The notes beneath the pieces were generated by a model. The model was not told where the DNA came from and made no database searches. It saw only the letters and a program-made list of their open reading frames with translations. From the NCBI GenBank assembly GCA_964023285.1, contig CAXIEN010000102.1:2935528-2999527 (forward strand): DNA of 64,000 bases. Reading direction: 5' to 3'. The stretch is from Larinioides sclopetarius. Lineage: Eukaryota. This document shows positions 39,454-50,365 of the stretch, piece after piece; the stretch's first letter is position 1, and every line of letters starts with the position of its first letter. The translations under genes and the position numbers were made by a program.

Positions 39454-40678
39454 CTGGAAAAGGAAAGTCATTTGAAGTGCTGCATTAAATTACAAAACCA
39501 ACATACTTTCATGAAATTAAGCATTTTTAATTTTAAAATTTAATTATAATCTAAATTACAAGTATTAATTAATAAAAGTTACACAAATAATGAATGATTT
39601 TGATGTAACAATTTGCACTTATTTAATCTAAGTGTTCTAATACTATTTTTGTTTCAGGGATAGCGATTATGCTATTAGGTTTTCACTGAAGGTAACTTTC
39701 ATAAAATGATCAATTTTGACATCATTTATATATTAGCTACATTTGGTAATCTTTCACTAAATATGATGACAAGTGATGGGATAGAAACTTCAAATGGTAT
39801 TTTGATAGCTTGAGTCTTTACAAAAAGTGTTCATATTTCTCAAATTCTATCTTGGAACTTAGAAGTAGATAAATAAGCTAAAACTCATAGGAAAAACTAT
39901 GAGAAAAAAGATATAATAATTAACATTATTAATGTAGTTATTACTTTAATTTTTTTTCTTAGATGTGATTATACAAGTATTATACCAATATTTGAAAAAT
40001 TGTTTTGAAGTTCAGAAATCTTTTTTCTCAAATAGCCTTTTTTTCAGTTTTTGATTAAACCTTTTCTTATATACAATTACACTTTACAGCAAAGTGTGAG
40101 ACTTGTAAAACTTTTGGCATAATATCATAAATGGCATTTCAAATTTTATGTAAAATTAAAATCGCAATTAGATTACATCACTTTACTGTTTAAATATTCA
40201 TTTTATCAAGGAAAATTCACAAATACAATAATGCCTTCAGCGTGGTTAATCTGCAGTGTTTGATAAAGCAATTTATCCTACAAATTGTAGAATCCTGGGA
40301 ATTTAAATAAATTGGGGCTGACCTTTGTACCTTTCAGGGAATATGAATTATCTAGGAAATTCAATACAATTTTCTTGATATATCAAATAAAGTAAAGTAT
40401 TGACCCAGGATGATGTGTGAAGGCATATGAAAAAGCAAAAGCAGCGATTTGTATGGTACAGGAGAAACAAATTGTGGTATATAAAAAAAAGTTTCTTTCT
40501 ACTAATTAAAGTGCTATATTAGTCTTAAAGACTAATTTAAAATACTTTTTTTCCCTTAATTTTTCAGTACAAGTTTTTTTAGAAAATTAAAAATAGGAAT
40601 TCAGATTACCTGGAATTTTAGATTCCCAAGGTTCTACTGCAACTTAATATTAATACATTAATAATTAAAACATTCTAC

Positions 40679-40799
40679 CTGGGCCTTCAAATAACCATTC
40701 ATCTCCAGCAGTTCTCTTGATATCCCCATCTTCAAAGTCTCGAATTGCAGTCAATCTTAAAGCACTATTAGCTGACACAACAGTCAATGGAGTTACTGG
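40679..40799 (-). CDS. MVP: MVP coding exon 3 ([40 protein letters not shown]+G).
   Basis: Acceptor gaatttcag, donor GTAGAA. Aligns to [37 protein letters not shown]. Confidence 0.8.
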
Positions 40800-41299
40800 C
40801 TGAAATTCAATTGGAATGATATTTTTAGAAAATGTTCTAAATAAACAGAAACCCATCATTCAAATAATTTTTATATTCAATTCCTAATTTCATATTTGAA
40901 TATGAATTCATATGCAAACTGCAATTGCATGAATGATATTTTAAACTGCACAGTTAGCATAAAATAAGACATCAGCAAACTGAAGGATAATGGTAAAAAT
41001 AAATTCTTAAATATTACTTTGTGAAAAAGAAATTTATTTGACATAAATTAACATATCTGCTACTTAATTAATACCAAAATACAGAATTCAAGGACAAACT
41101 TATGAAAAACTTATAAATGTTCCATGTGATTTGTTTAATAATAAATCTTTCTTGAACATGAATGTGTCGAGATGGTTCCTAAGAACTATTTCCATTTTCT
41201 GCGGATGATAAATCATTTTCAAATAGGAAGGGTCAAATAAAAGGGAAAGTTGAACTTTCATCAATAGGACTAATCAGGATCAAACAAACCTTCCTCCTC

Positions 41300-41597
41300 T
41301 ATTATATTCTTTCTATAATTCTGGCAACGCAATACATTGATTACTATTTCTTTTTAACTTATGGCAAAGTAACAAAAATATAAATAGAATTCTACTTTCC
41401 TTTCAACGTTGCAATAGGTAATGTTCTTGTTTAGTTGCTTAATATATCAAATCACGTATCAAGGGAAATGAATATTATTTGTTTGTAAATATGTAAATAC
41501 TTTAAAATGCGTGGAATAATAAATGTATTATTATAAGTTCCGGCATCACATTTTTCGTATCGCATCGATACGCGCCTGCCACCTCAGAAACATAACA
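41300..41597 (+). repeat. 5' LTR of the retrotransposon.
   Basis: ~98% identical to 45906..46196 (about 4 substitutions, an 8-bp and a 1-bp indel). Ends ...AACATAACA. Confidence 0.8.
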
Positions 41598-41601
41598 GTT
41601 T

Positions 41602-41612
41602 TGGCGACAAGG
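41602..41612 (+). other. Putative tRNA primer-binding site (TGGCGACAAGG), 4 nt downstream of the 5' LTR.
   Basis: Starts with TGG, complementary to a tRNA 3' CCA end, in the canonical position. The tRNA species was not identified. Confidence 0.4.
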
Positions 41613-41659
41613 TAAAGTTCTTTTTCTATCAATTTTTCATCGAATATTGTTTTGATATT

Positions 41660-42529
41660 TTGTATTTCATGATGGATGCCGAACAATTTAAAATATTGCT
41701 GCAGGCAATGAATCAAAATAAACAACAGCTGTTAGAGCGATTATTATCAAAAGATAAAACAGAATCGTTTGCGTCTAAAGAAACTTCTGTTATTAACATA
41801 GCTCATATTCCACCATTTGAAAATTTTGATCCTAAGAAAGAGAAATTTAAATATTATAAGCAACGTTTCGAAAATTACTTATTGATGAAAGATGTTTTTC
41901 AAGATAAAGATAAATGTGCACATATATTACTTAATTCTATTGGTGCATCGAATTACAACATCTTGGCGTCTTTAATTGCGCCAAAACCGCCAAACAAATT
42001 GCCGTATGATGATCTCATGAAAGTTCTAGAAAATCATTTGGCGTCAAAGCGCAGCTGTTTAGTTTCCCAGCATTACTTTTTGTCGACTTATCAAAAAGAA
42101 GATAGTTCAATTTCTGATTATGTGGCTGATTTGCAATGTTATATTGCGGATTGTGAATTTTCAGTTACTTGTGAATGTAGCAAAAATGTATCGGTTGCTG
42201 ATATTTTTCTAAGAGCGCAATTTATTCGAGGTATCAAAGACGGTTGGATTAAAGAACAACTCTTACAATCTGAATTAACTGATTTCAATGCACTTGTTGA
42301 TAAAGCTATTGCGCTTGAAACTTCAAAAATAGATGGTCATGAATTATCAAAATCGACTACAACCACCATCGATGGTATAAACAAAGTTTCTAAGCGTAGT
42401 CGCAATCGCCAATCTAATGATATAAAAACCTCTTTCAGAAATCGAAATACAAATCAGAGAGACTTCGCAACAAATTACCGAAGGAAAAGTAAGAAACTCT
42501 CTCGATTTCGAGAAACTTGGAATAAATAA
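41660..42529 (+). CDS. Retrotransposon gag ORF (289 aa), intact, ending at TAA.
   Basis: First long ORF after the 5' LTR and primer-binding site. The following pol frame is +1 relative to gag and is open across the gag stop. Confidence 0.7.
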   Translation: MYFMMDAEQFKILLQAMNQNKQQLLERLLSKDKTESFASKETSVINIAHIPPFENFDPKKEKFKYYKQRFENYLLMKDVFQDKDKCAHILLNSIGASNYNILASLIAPKPPNKLPYDDLMKVLENHLASKRSCLVSQHYFLSTYQKEDSSISDYVADLQCYIADCEFSVTCECSKNVSVADIFLRAQFIRGIKDGWIKEQLLQSELTDFNALVDKAIALETSKIDGHELSKSTTTTIDGINKVSKRSRNRQSNDIKTSFRNRNTNQRDFATNYRRKSKKLSRFRETWNK

Positions 42530-42530
42530 T

Positions 42531-43127
42531 TTGTGCCTGTGTTGCGGACACAATTCTCATTTATCAAGAGACTGTCAATCAAATCCCAACAACTTGAAAT
42601 GTAAAGTTTGCAAATCTACAGATTATGTACAAAAGGTTTGCATCAAAACATTATTAAAAGCTCATAGATCAAACAGTCTTACACAAGAAACAAATTATTT
42701 GAAAACTTATCAAGACATTAGTGTAAATACGATCATTGATAACCGTAATTCAGGATCTTCAGTAGATTCAACGAAATATTTTATTTATGTCAAAATAGAA
42801 AATTGTTTTCAAAAGTTTGAGGTTGACACAGGTGCAGCTTATACGCTCATACCGAATGATCAGTTTCAAAAATTAGGTATAAAAAGACAGCTTGAACCAA
42901 TGAGAATCGCATTTCGATCCTATACTGAAAATGTATTTGTACCACTAGGAAAAGTGCAAGTTAAAGTGGAACACAAGGGTCAAATATCAAATGAAGATTT
43001 GTATGTAGTGCCTGATGGATTTGAACCTTTATTAGGAAGAATCTGGATTAGACATTTAAAAATCAATCTGAATGAAATAGATCAAAACATTGAGGGCAAA
43101 ATTAAATTGGAAGTATTTTCGATCTAA
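42531..43127 (+). pseudogene. pol part 1: CCHC zinc knuckle and aspartic protease, ending at an in-frame TAA (43125..43127). It is in the same frame as the RT ORF.
   Basis: CLCCGHNSHLSRDC knuckle. FEVDTGAAYTLIP protease active site. LLGRIWI. Confidence 0.75.
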
Positions 43128-43184
43128 AACATTTCTGATATTGAAAGGCATTTTCCACAGGTATTCGAACAAAAAGTAGGTTGT

Positions 43185-43990
43185 GTGCCTAATTTTACTA
43201 TCAATTTAAAACTACGTAACGGAGCTAAACCTAGTTACACTCCATCTCGGAATGTACCCTATGCTTTAAGGGAACAAGTTAACAAGGAACTGGATTCTCT
43301 CAAAGCAGCTGGAATTATTTCCAAGTCAGTTACTAGTGATTGGGGATCACCTTTAGTTGTGATTCCAAAAGGAGACGGAACTCTTCGACTTTGCGTAGAT
43401 TACAAAGTTGGAGTTAATGATCTACTTATGAACGTCAACTATCCAATAAAGAAAATCGATGAAGTTTTGAACAATCTTAGAGATTCAAAGTATTTCTGCA
43501 AGCTGGATTTATTTAAGGCATATCTTAATTTACAGACCGATGAAGAGAGTAGTATTATCCAAACGATTTCAACACATCGAGGAACTTATAAAATGAATAG
43601 GCTGAGTTTCGGCATTAAAATGGCTCCGGCTGAATTTAATAGATTAATTGATCAAATTCTAAATGGTTTGCCAAACACTATAGCTTATTTCGATGATATT
43701 GTGGTTCATGGTGAAACTAAAAATCAGTGTGCTAAGAACCTCTTTGCTTGTCTCGAAAGACTACGCGAATATGATTTGCATTTGAACATCAAGAAATGCA
43801 CATTTTTTCAAACAAAGATTGAATATCTAGGTCATGTAATTGAAAACAACAAAATATCAAGATCACCCTCAAAAGTGGAAGCTATTGTACAATTGCCCCA
43901 ACCAAGAAATGTCAAAGAACTTCGACATTTTTTAGGTATGGTTGCTTACTACTCGAGATTCATACCAGATGTTTCTACGATTACCTTTAT
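43185..43990 (+). pseudogene. pol part 2: reverse transcriptase.
   Basis: LRLCVDYKVGVN, YFCKLDLFKAYLNLQ, IAYFDDIVVHG, LGHVIE. A frameshift (~1 bp) near 43985 separates it from the RNase H frame. Confidence 0.8.
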
Positions 43991-44794
43991 CCTCTACGTA
44001 AACTCCTTCGTAAAAATCAAAGGTGTTGTTGGAATCGAGAATGCGAACGGACTTTTCTTCAGCTCAAGGAAGAAATATCCAGTGACAGAGTCCTAGCACC
44101 TTTTAATCCAGAATTACCTGTTTCGTTAGCAACAGATGCAAGCACAGTAGGAGTTTCAGCTGTATTATCACACACAATAAACTATGTCGAAAAGCCAATT
44201 GCTTTCGCTTTCCGTTCATTGACAGAGGTGGAAAGAAATTACTCTCAACTTGATCGAGAAGCCTTAGCTATTATTTTTGGAGTCTCCCATTTCATCGATT
44301 ATATTTATGGTCGACATTTTGTTCTCGTCACCGATAACCAGCCCTTATCCAGAATACTACATCCTAAAACTGGCCTTCCAAAAATGACATCCGCTCGACT
44401 TTTGAGATATGCTTCTTTTCTAGCAGGATTTGATTACACAATCAAATTTAAAAGGGGCCTAGAAAACCAAAATGTCGATTGCTTATCAAGAGCTCCTTTC
44501 CTCAAAAATTGCACATCTGCAGATACATCTATTAATGAAGAAGTCCATCAAATATGTGCATCGACAGAAATTTTGACTGCAGATGCCATTATACAGGAAA
44601 TAGAAAAAGACCCGGAATTGGCAAAAATTAAGCAAGAACTGTTATCAAATTCAATTGACAGTGATTACTTTTTACACTGTGGCATTTTGTTTAAAAACAA
44701 CCGCATCGTGATACCCCAAACACTTCAGCCAATGGTTCTGAAAGAATTACATTCAACCCATATTGGAATAACTAAAATGAAACAGTTAGCATGA
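43991..44794 (+). pseudogene. pol part 3: RT-RNase H connection, RNase H and the start of the integrase zinc finger, ending at an in-frame TGA (44792..44794).
   Basis: PLRKLLRKNQRCCWNRECERTFLQLKEEISSDRVLAPFNPELPVSLATDASTVGVSAVLSH..PIAFAFRSLTEVERNYSQLDREALAIIFG, VTDNQPL, LHSTHIG. Confidence 0.8.
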
Positions 44795-44836
44795 CCCTAT
44801 TGTATATGGAAGAATATCGACAAAGATATAGAAACT

Positions 44837-45680
44837 TTGGTTAAATCTTGTAAAGATTGCTCTTCAGTCAAACACAGTCCTGCCAAGGCACCCATTCATC
44901 ACTGGGATTTACCAATTAACAACTGGGATAGAATTCATATCGATTATGCAGGAACCTTTCAGGGTTTTCACTACCTAATTGTGGTGGACGCAAAATCTCG
45001 TTGGGTAGAAATTAAAGTGTTGCAACGATCACCTGATTCTGAGATTACCATGAAATTACTTGATGACATTTTTTGCCACTCATGGATATCCTTTATTTAT
45101 GGTCTCTGATAATGCATCAATTTTCACTAGTGAGGAATTCAAGCATTTCTGTCGTATGAATGGAATTAGACAAAAATTTATAGCACCTGGCCATCCAGCA
45201 ACAAACGGACTAGCTGAGCGGAACGTCCAGACCTTGAAAGATAGATTAAAACTTATGTCTTCAGAAAACGTTCCAATCAATTTAAAAGTTCAAAGAATCC
45301 TCTTTCAATATCGAGCTACTCCGTTAGCAAATGGCAAGTCACCAGCAGAAATGTATTTAAACCACAAGATTCGCATCAGATTGGATGCAATGTTTCCATT
45401 CTGCGAACGGAAATCTGAACAACTGATCAAACCTAGTACACGTATAATTAAAGTGGGGGAGAGAGTAAGAACAAAGTTTTTCATCAACAATAAACCTAAT
45501 TGGAAACTTGGAGTTGTTACTCAAAAGCTTGGTCATCTGCATTACATCGTAAAGTTAGATGATGGAAGAGAAATAAAGCGTCACATCAATCAAATGCAAA
45601 AAATCAGGAGTCCAAAACGAAGAAGTTATATCAAATGCCACAACTTCAGATTTGGAACCTTTCCTGAATCAAGATTGTGA
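44837..45680 (+). pseudogene. pol part 4: integrase (CX2C of the HHCC finger, DDE catalytic core).
   Basis: CKDCSSVKH, WDRIHIDYAGTF..YLIVVDAKSRW, GYPLFMVSDNASIFTSEEF, GHPATNGLAERNVQTLKDRL. A single-base frameshift in the T6 run at 45069..45074 (ORFs 44837..45109 and 45060..45680), and another near the C-terminus (~45650..45770). Confidence 0.8.
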
Positions 45681-45905
45681 TCCTGGTCATTACCAATTCA
45701 TCAAGCCTTCTACTACTCAAAGGAACAGATTAACTACAGATCGAGATTTAGGAGATTCTGATCAACAGCAGAGGTCCTCACCACCTATCCGGAGGGGTCT
45801 ACAAGAGTTAGACGTCCACCAGCATATCTGCAAGATTATGATCGATCCTAAAATAACTTTTTTTCTTTTCCTTTTTAGCATCCAAATAATCAAGTGGGGG
45901 AGAAT

Positions 45906-46196
45906 TATTATATTCTTTCTTTAATTCTGGCAACGCAATACATTGATTACTATTTCTTTTTAACTTATGGCAAAGTAACAAAAATATAAATAGAATTCTA
46001 CTTTCCTTTCAACGTTGCAATAGGTAATGTTCTTGTTTAGTTGCTTAATATATCAAATCACGTATCAAGGGAAATGAATATTATTTGTTTGTAAATACTT
46101 TAAAATGCGTGGAATAATAAATGTATTAATATAAGTTCCGGCATCACATTTTTTCGTATCGCATCGATACTCGCCTGCCACCTCAGAAACACAACA
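45906..46196 (+). repeat. 3' LTR of the retrotransposon.
   Basis: Direct repeat of 41300..41597, preceded by the polypurine tract at 45892..45904. Confidence 0.8.
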
Positions 46197-46928
46197 CAGT
46201 GTGTACACCTTCTCTCACTCCACAGAGATTCTATTTTTAGAAAAAGACAAGTATGTACTTGTATATCTGATCTATTAAGTCTCTAAACGAAGGTTTTTTT
46301 AAGGCATACTTTTGCCACTTGAAGCATTATTACATGCTGGAGTAAGCAGTTTAATTTATTTTGTTTCAAATATTTTTTATACAGAAGTGCGAAGTTTTAC
46401 AAAGATGATACCTTTATCAATGATTTTTTGAGTTTTTCCTCAAATCTCAGCAAATTTGTCAAATTCGCCCAGCAATATTCTTAAACTTTTAAAAAAACCG
46501 TTGTGTTTTCTTTTTCATATGACCTTTAATAAACTTTTTATTTAAACATTTTTATAAAGCTGAATTTGTTAAACGAGATAAATTACTTTATTTAAGAATT
46601 ACTCTTGGATTAGTCCATTTTTAAACTTTAAATTTAATGAACATTCTTGGAAAAAGTTTTGGTATAATTTAGGTTAGTCCTAGAAAGCATGATTAATTTC
46701 TGCCACAGGTTGATCACATTGCCAATTGCTAAATTTGCATACATCATGCACTAGTCTATCAAGAAAGAATAGTAATTTATATAATAATGCAAAAAGAGCT
46801 GTTTAACTCTATTTAAAGAAATCTATTGATCAATACACATTTAACCTTTCACTTCCTATAACATAGGATTACATAATTTTAATCATAATAAATGCAAATC
46901 TTCAAAAATATATAACTACTTTACATAC

Positions 46929-47124
46929 TGTATCAATAATTTCTCCAGGATATAATGGAAATGGATCCTGCTCTAATCTCACTTCTAAATCTGCATGCTT
47001 CAATTTGATCTGACCAACTTTATCATACATCAGAGCATTTTCTGCATTTCTAACGACAGGATTTCGAATAGTACAGTAATGACATGGAGGAATAATTATC
47101 ATATCTTCTGGCCCAATCAGAACC
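46929..47124 (-). CDS. MVP: MVP coding exon 2 ((R)[65 protein letters not shown]).
   Basis: Acceptor ttttag, donor GTATGT. Phase is consistent with exon 1 (CG+G=Arg). Aligns to human [64 protein letters not shown]. Confidence 0.85.
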
Positions 47125-47326
47125 CTAAAATTATTTTCAGGAAATTGAAACCAAAAAATGTACCACTATTGTGAATAATAAGCGAAACTAACAATTAAAT
47201 TTATCAGAAAAAGAAATAAATATAAGATATTATGTATGCCATTATTATATAAAATAAATCCAAACATAAGACTAAGCAATGATTTACAGGTATTCAGAAA
47301 AAAATTTAAACAAAAAACAAAAATAC

Positions 47327-47481
47327 CGTTCATTTTCTTGGCGAATATAAGTCTTGGGTCCAATTTCAACTCGAGTAATGTTTGTTGTTTGGTCCAAAAC
47401 ATGCATATACTTGTAAGGAGCAATGCGAAAAATGCTCCGCTCTCCCTTGGAGTTGTTTTCCGATTCTTTATGAGGAGCCAT
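47327..47481 (-). CDS. MVP: MVP coding exon 1. ATG at 47481..47479, encoding [51 protein letters not shown] plus 2 nt.
   Basis: Matches the MVP N-terminus ([34 protein letters not shown]). Donor is GTATTT at 47326. A ttttttgcag sits 2 nt upstream of the ATG, suggesting a spliced 5'UTR. Confidence 0.75.
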
Positions 47482-50129
47482 ACCTGCAAAAAAGATTTGA
47501 CAAAACTTAGTTAACAAACTTCAAACAGAAACAGAAAAATTAGAATGAATAAATTTCTACATGTAAATTCTTTTTTACACATAGAAACTATTCTTTAAAA
47601 CACAATGAATACTTTATTCTTCAGATTAATACTAAATCAATATATGCTAAAAAAAAGAAGAAACTTCTAATGATGAACAATATTTTTAATTTTATTTCTC
47701 TTCAAATATTCTTTTCAGTCCTATAGAAATAAGTTGAGTGGGATAAGAAGTTTCATTTGGAAGATGGATATTGGTTTCATGGGGAACGTCTATATAGGAG
47801 AAAAAAAAAACAGAAAGGGACACATACTAAATTATTTGGATCCCAGCCAGGCTAGAAGCTATCGGTAGATATTTTTAAATTTTACTAAAAGTGTATTTGT
47901 AATTTTAATTAGGAGGCAAGTGTAAAATGCTCACTGGTATCCTGTGAATTCTGTTTTCTCTTCTGTGAAGATCTTTCAGGAGACATAATGCTTCTGAAAA
48001 ATAAAAATAAATAATAAAAAAAAAATTGTACACCATAGAATGTGCGTCCCCCCCTTATCTATTTATCTTACCAGACAGAGCTTTTGATTGAAGAGTTTAA
48101 GGCATTTTTTAGTTGGTAATCAGCCATATAAATCTAGTCCAAGACTAATAAACAGTAAAGCCGAGTAACTCTTCACACAAATCAGGGTAAATTCAAACAA
48201 CTAGACTTAGACAATCAGAGAGGCGTCCATATTTTAAAGTTACAAAAAGGCTATTTTGTGATGAAACTCCAAATTATGAATCATGTTCAAACAGCAAGAA
48301 TAACATCCAAGGCAATATAACAATTTTCTATCTTGCCACATCAGCAGATGAAATTAGAATTTTTAGATCCAAAATTCTTATTTTCTTCTATATACGTAAA
48401 ACCGAAGTACTGGAATCGCAAACATTCCGATTTCTGGTTTTCAATAGACTAACATATTTTGGGAGGTCTTGAACAGTATTCACTATTTTTGAAAAATGCT
48501 TGCCTGAATGTGACAAATTTTGTAATCACAGTTGAGCAAAAACTAAGAAAACATAATTTCTTTTAAAATTTTTACTTGGTTGCTCTCCAACACAAACTGG
48601 TGCTGATTAGACTTAAGTGCATATTGCTTAACAGGTTAATTTTATTTCATTTTATATAAAATTAATAACTAACAAAATTTCCTCTTATATAAAATTTTAC
48701 AGGTGCTCCTATTAAATTTTCTGTAAAATTCAGCGATTACACCGAAGCAAAATATAATCAAAAGAATTTTATAAGAAAATTTATATTTAATCACACCCCA
48801 ACATAAACAGACGTTGCTTAGATTGTGATGCATAGACATCAACAGATGGCACTGCTATTCAATTTTATTCACGAAATTTCGTGACTGTTCTAGAGAAAAT
48901 GCAAAATGAAGAAATTTCATATTTAATCACATTCTATTATAAATTGTTGAGTAGATTTTGATGTTTATCACACAAAATTCAATTTTGTTGCAAATTTTGT
49001 GACAACACTAGATTTGAACTTAAAAAGGCACCAAGACTCAAAGGGCATTAAGTTTCATAAAAATACCATTCCCCGAAATAATTCCTTAAAATACCCTTCC
49101 TTGAAAAAGGAATCTTACGTTTTACAGAAATAGATCAGAAAAATTACCGTTCATTTTTTGGAAATCGACCGGAAAAAGCATCGCAAGTTTTACAGAAAAC
49201 ACACTGTACGTTTTAGGCGAATAAATCGGAAAAATTTCGAACAACGTATATCTTTTAAAAAATAAACATAGAATAGATGCGAAATAATGATAAAACATGA
49301 TACTTAACTGCTTTTAATCTCAGAAGAAACATCGTTTTAAAATATATCTTAAATAAGATAGATGGAAATAGATTGGAAACTTTGGAAAATCACCAAGTAA
49401 ATATATAACATGTTTTTAAAAAATGGAGTACAATACAACGAATTGTCAGACGATTTCTACATAATGTTTGGAAAGTCTGAAACATTTATCTTTCCTAAGA
49501 AGCATATTTTTAATTCCTTGCATCCCAGGCTGTTTTTTTTTATTCCTTTTCATGAATTCGTTTTCTTCTGTCACTAGAAGGCATTTTTTTCTATGGTATT
49601 TCAGTAAGGCTTGGAAATACAGTAGGAATATTCGTTAAGATTGGAATAATTTTGCCGAAAGCCGATCAAGATATGTGGCAAGGTGTGCTTCAAGTAAAGA
49701 CAATAGGAGGCTTGAAATTACGTTGCTTGACTTGGCAATTTATAACCGGAAAAATTGAAATTTGAAGATTTCTTGTATTTTCCTACTGATGAGAAACGAG
49801 GTTTCCCTCCCATCTCCATACGAAAATTATTTTATTTTCTTAAAAAAATATATTACATTAATTAAAAAAAAGAGTCGACACAAGTTTTCTAAATCAGTAA
49901 AAATAGCGGAAAAATAGGAATCCTGGGTAAAAAGTCTTTTGAAAACCTCGGAAGGGACAAATGGTCCCCCCTCTCCATAGATCCCTGCCTGGGACCATGC
50001 TAATTGCGAATACAACTTCTGTACCCTGATTCACAGAAGTAATTATTTGCCTTAGCTGGACCTCCATGATAAGATTCTTTTATCTCCAAGGTTCCCCTTC
50101 TATACGGCCCCTATTTAGTTTTATGGCTG

Positions 50130-50365
50130 TAACAACTAGAAGAACCTCCCATTCTTTCTAACAGTGAACTGGAGGGAGGAGCGTCTACCCCGATTTTAGT
50201 GAAAAGAATGGAGGAATCTTTCCTAGAAATAAAGAAAAGACCAAGAAGGGCTGTGGGGCTTTTTTCCTAAAAGGAAGAGGGACATAGTTGGCAGGGTTAT
50301 TTTTATAAAAGGGGCAAGGAGGGCAGATTTATTTAGGTGAAAGGGCAGGCAGGGCGGGCCGCCCT
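50130..50365. repeat. Dispersed GC-richer repeat, copy 2.
   Basis: Matches 13060..13270 (ATTCTTTCTAACAGTGAACTGGAGGGAGGA ... GTGAAAGGGCAGGCAGGGCGG). Confidence 0.6.

Larger units (their letters stand above)
41300..46196 (+). mobile_element. LTR retrotransposon of Ty3/Gypsy-like architecture (gag, CCHC, protease, RT, RNase H, integrase; BEL/Pao not excluded). Nearly full length, inserted antisense in MVP intron 2.
   Basis: Direct repeats of ~295 bp at both ends. Internal ORFs carry a CX2CX4HX4C zinc knuckle, protease motif VDTGAA, RT motifs LRLCVDYK, KLDLFKAY and YFDDIVV, the RT-RNase H connection PLRKLL..ATDAS..NYSQLDREALAI, the integrase HHCC finger (HSTH..CKDC) and the DDE core with GHPATNGLAERNVQTLKDRL. 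A putative primer-binding site (TGGCGACAAGG) follows the 5' LTR, and a polypurine tract (AAGTGGGGGAGAA) precedes the 3' LTR. Confidence 0.9.
12391..47483 (-). other. MVP: Major vault protein gene locus (first coding exon to stop codon). 14 coding exons, ~35 kb, with TE-rich introns.
   Basis: Conceptual splicing of 14 minus-strand exons gives an 872-aa protein with strong similarity along its whole length to vertebrate MVP, from the N-terminal vault repeats through the shoulder and cap-helix regions. Examples: [153 protein letters not shown]. Summed exon length 2619 nt = 873 codons including the stop. Confidence 0.85.

Noticed and set aside
41296-46201. Target-site duplication for the LTR retrotransposon.
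   Set aside because: The flanks TCCTC and CAGTG do not match, so no duplication is claimed.
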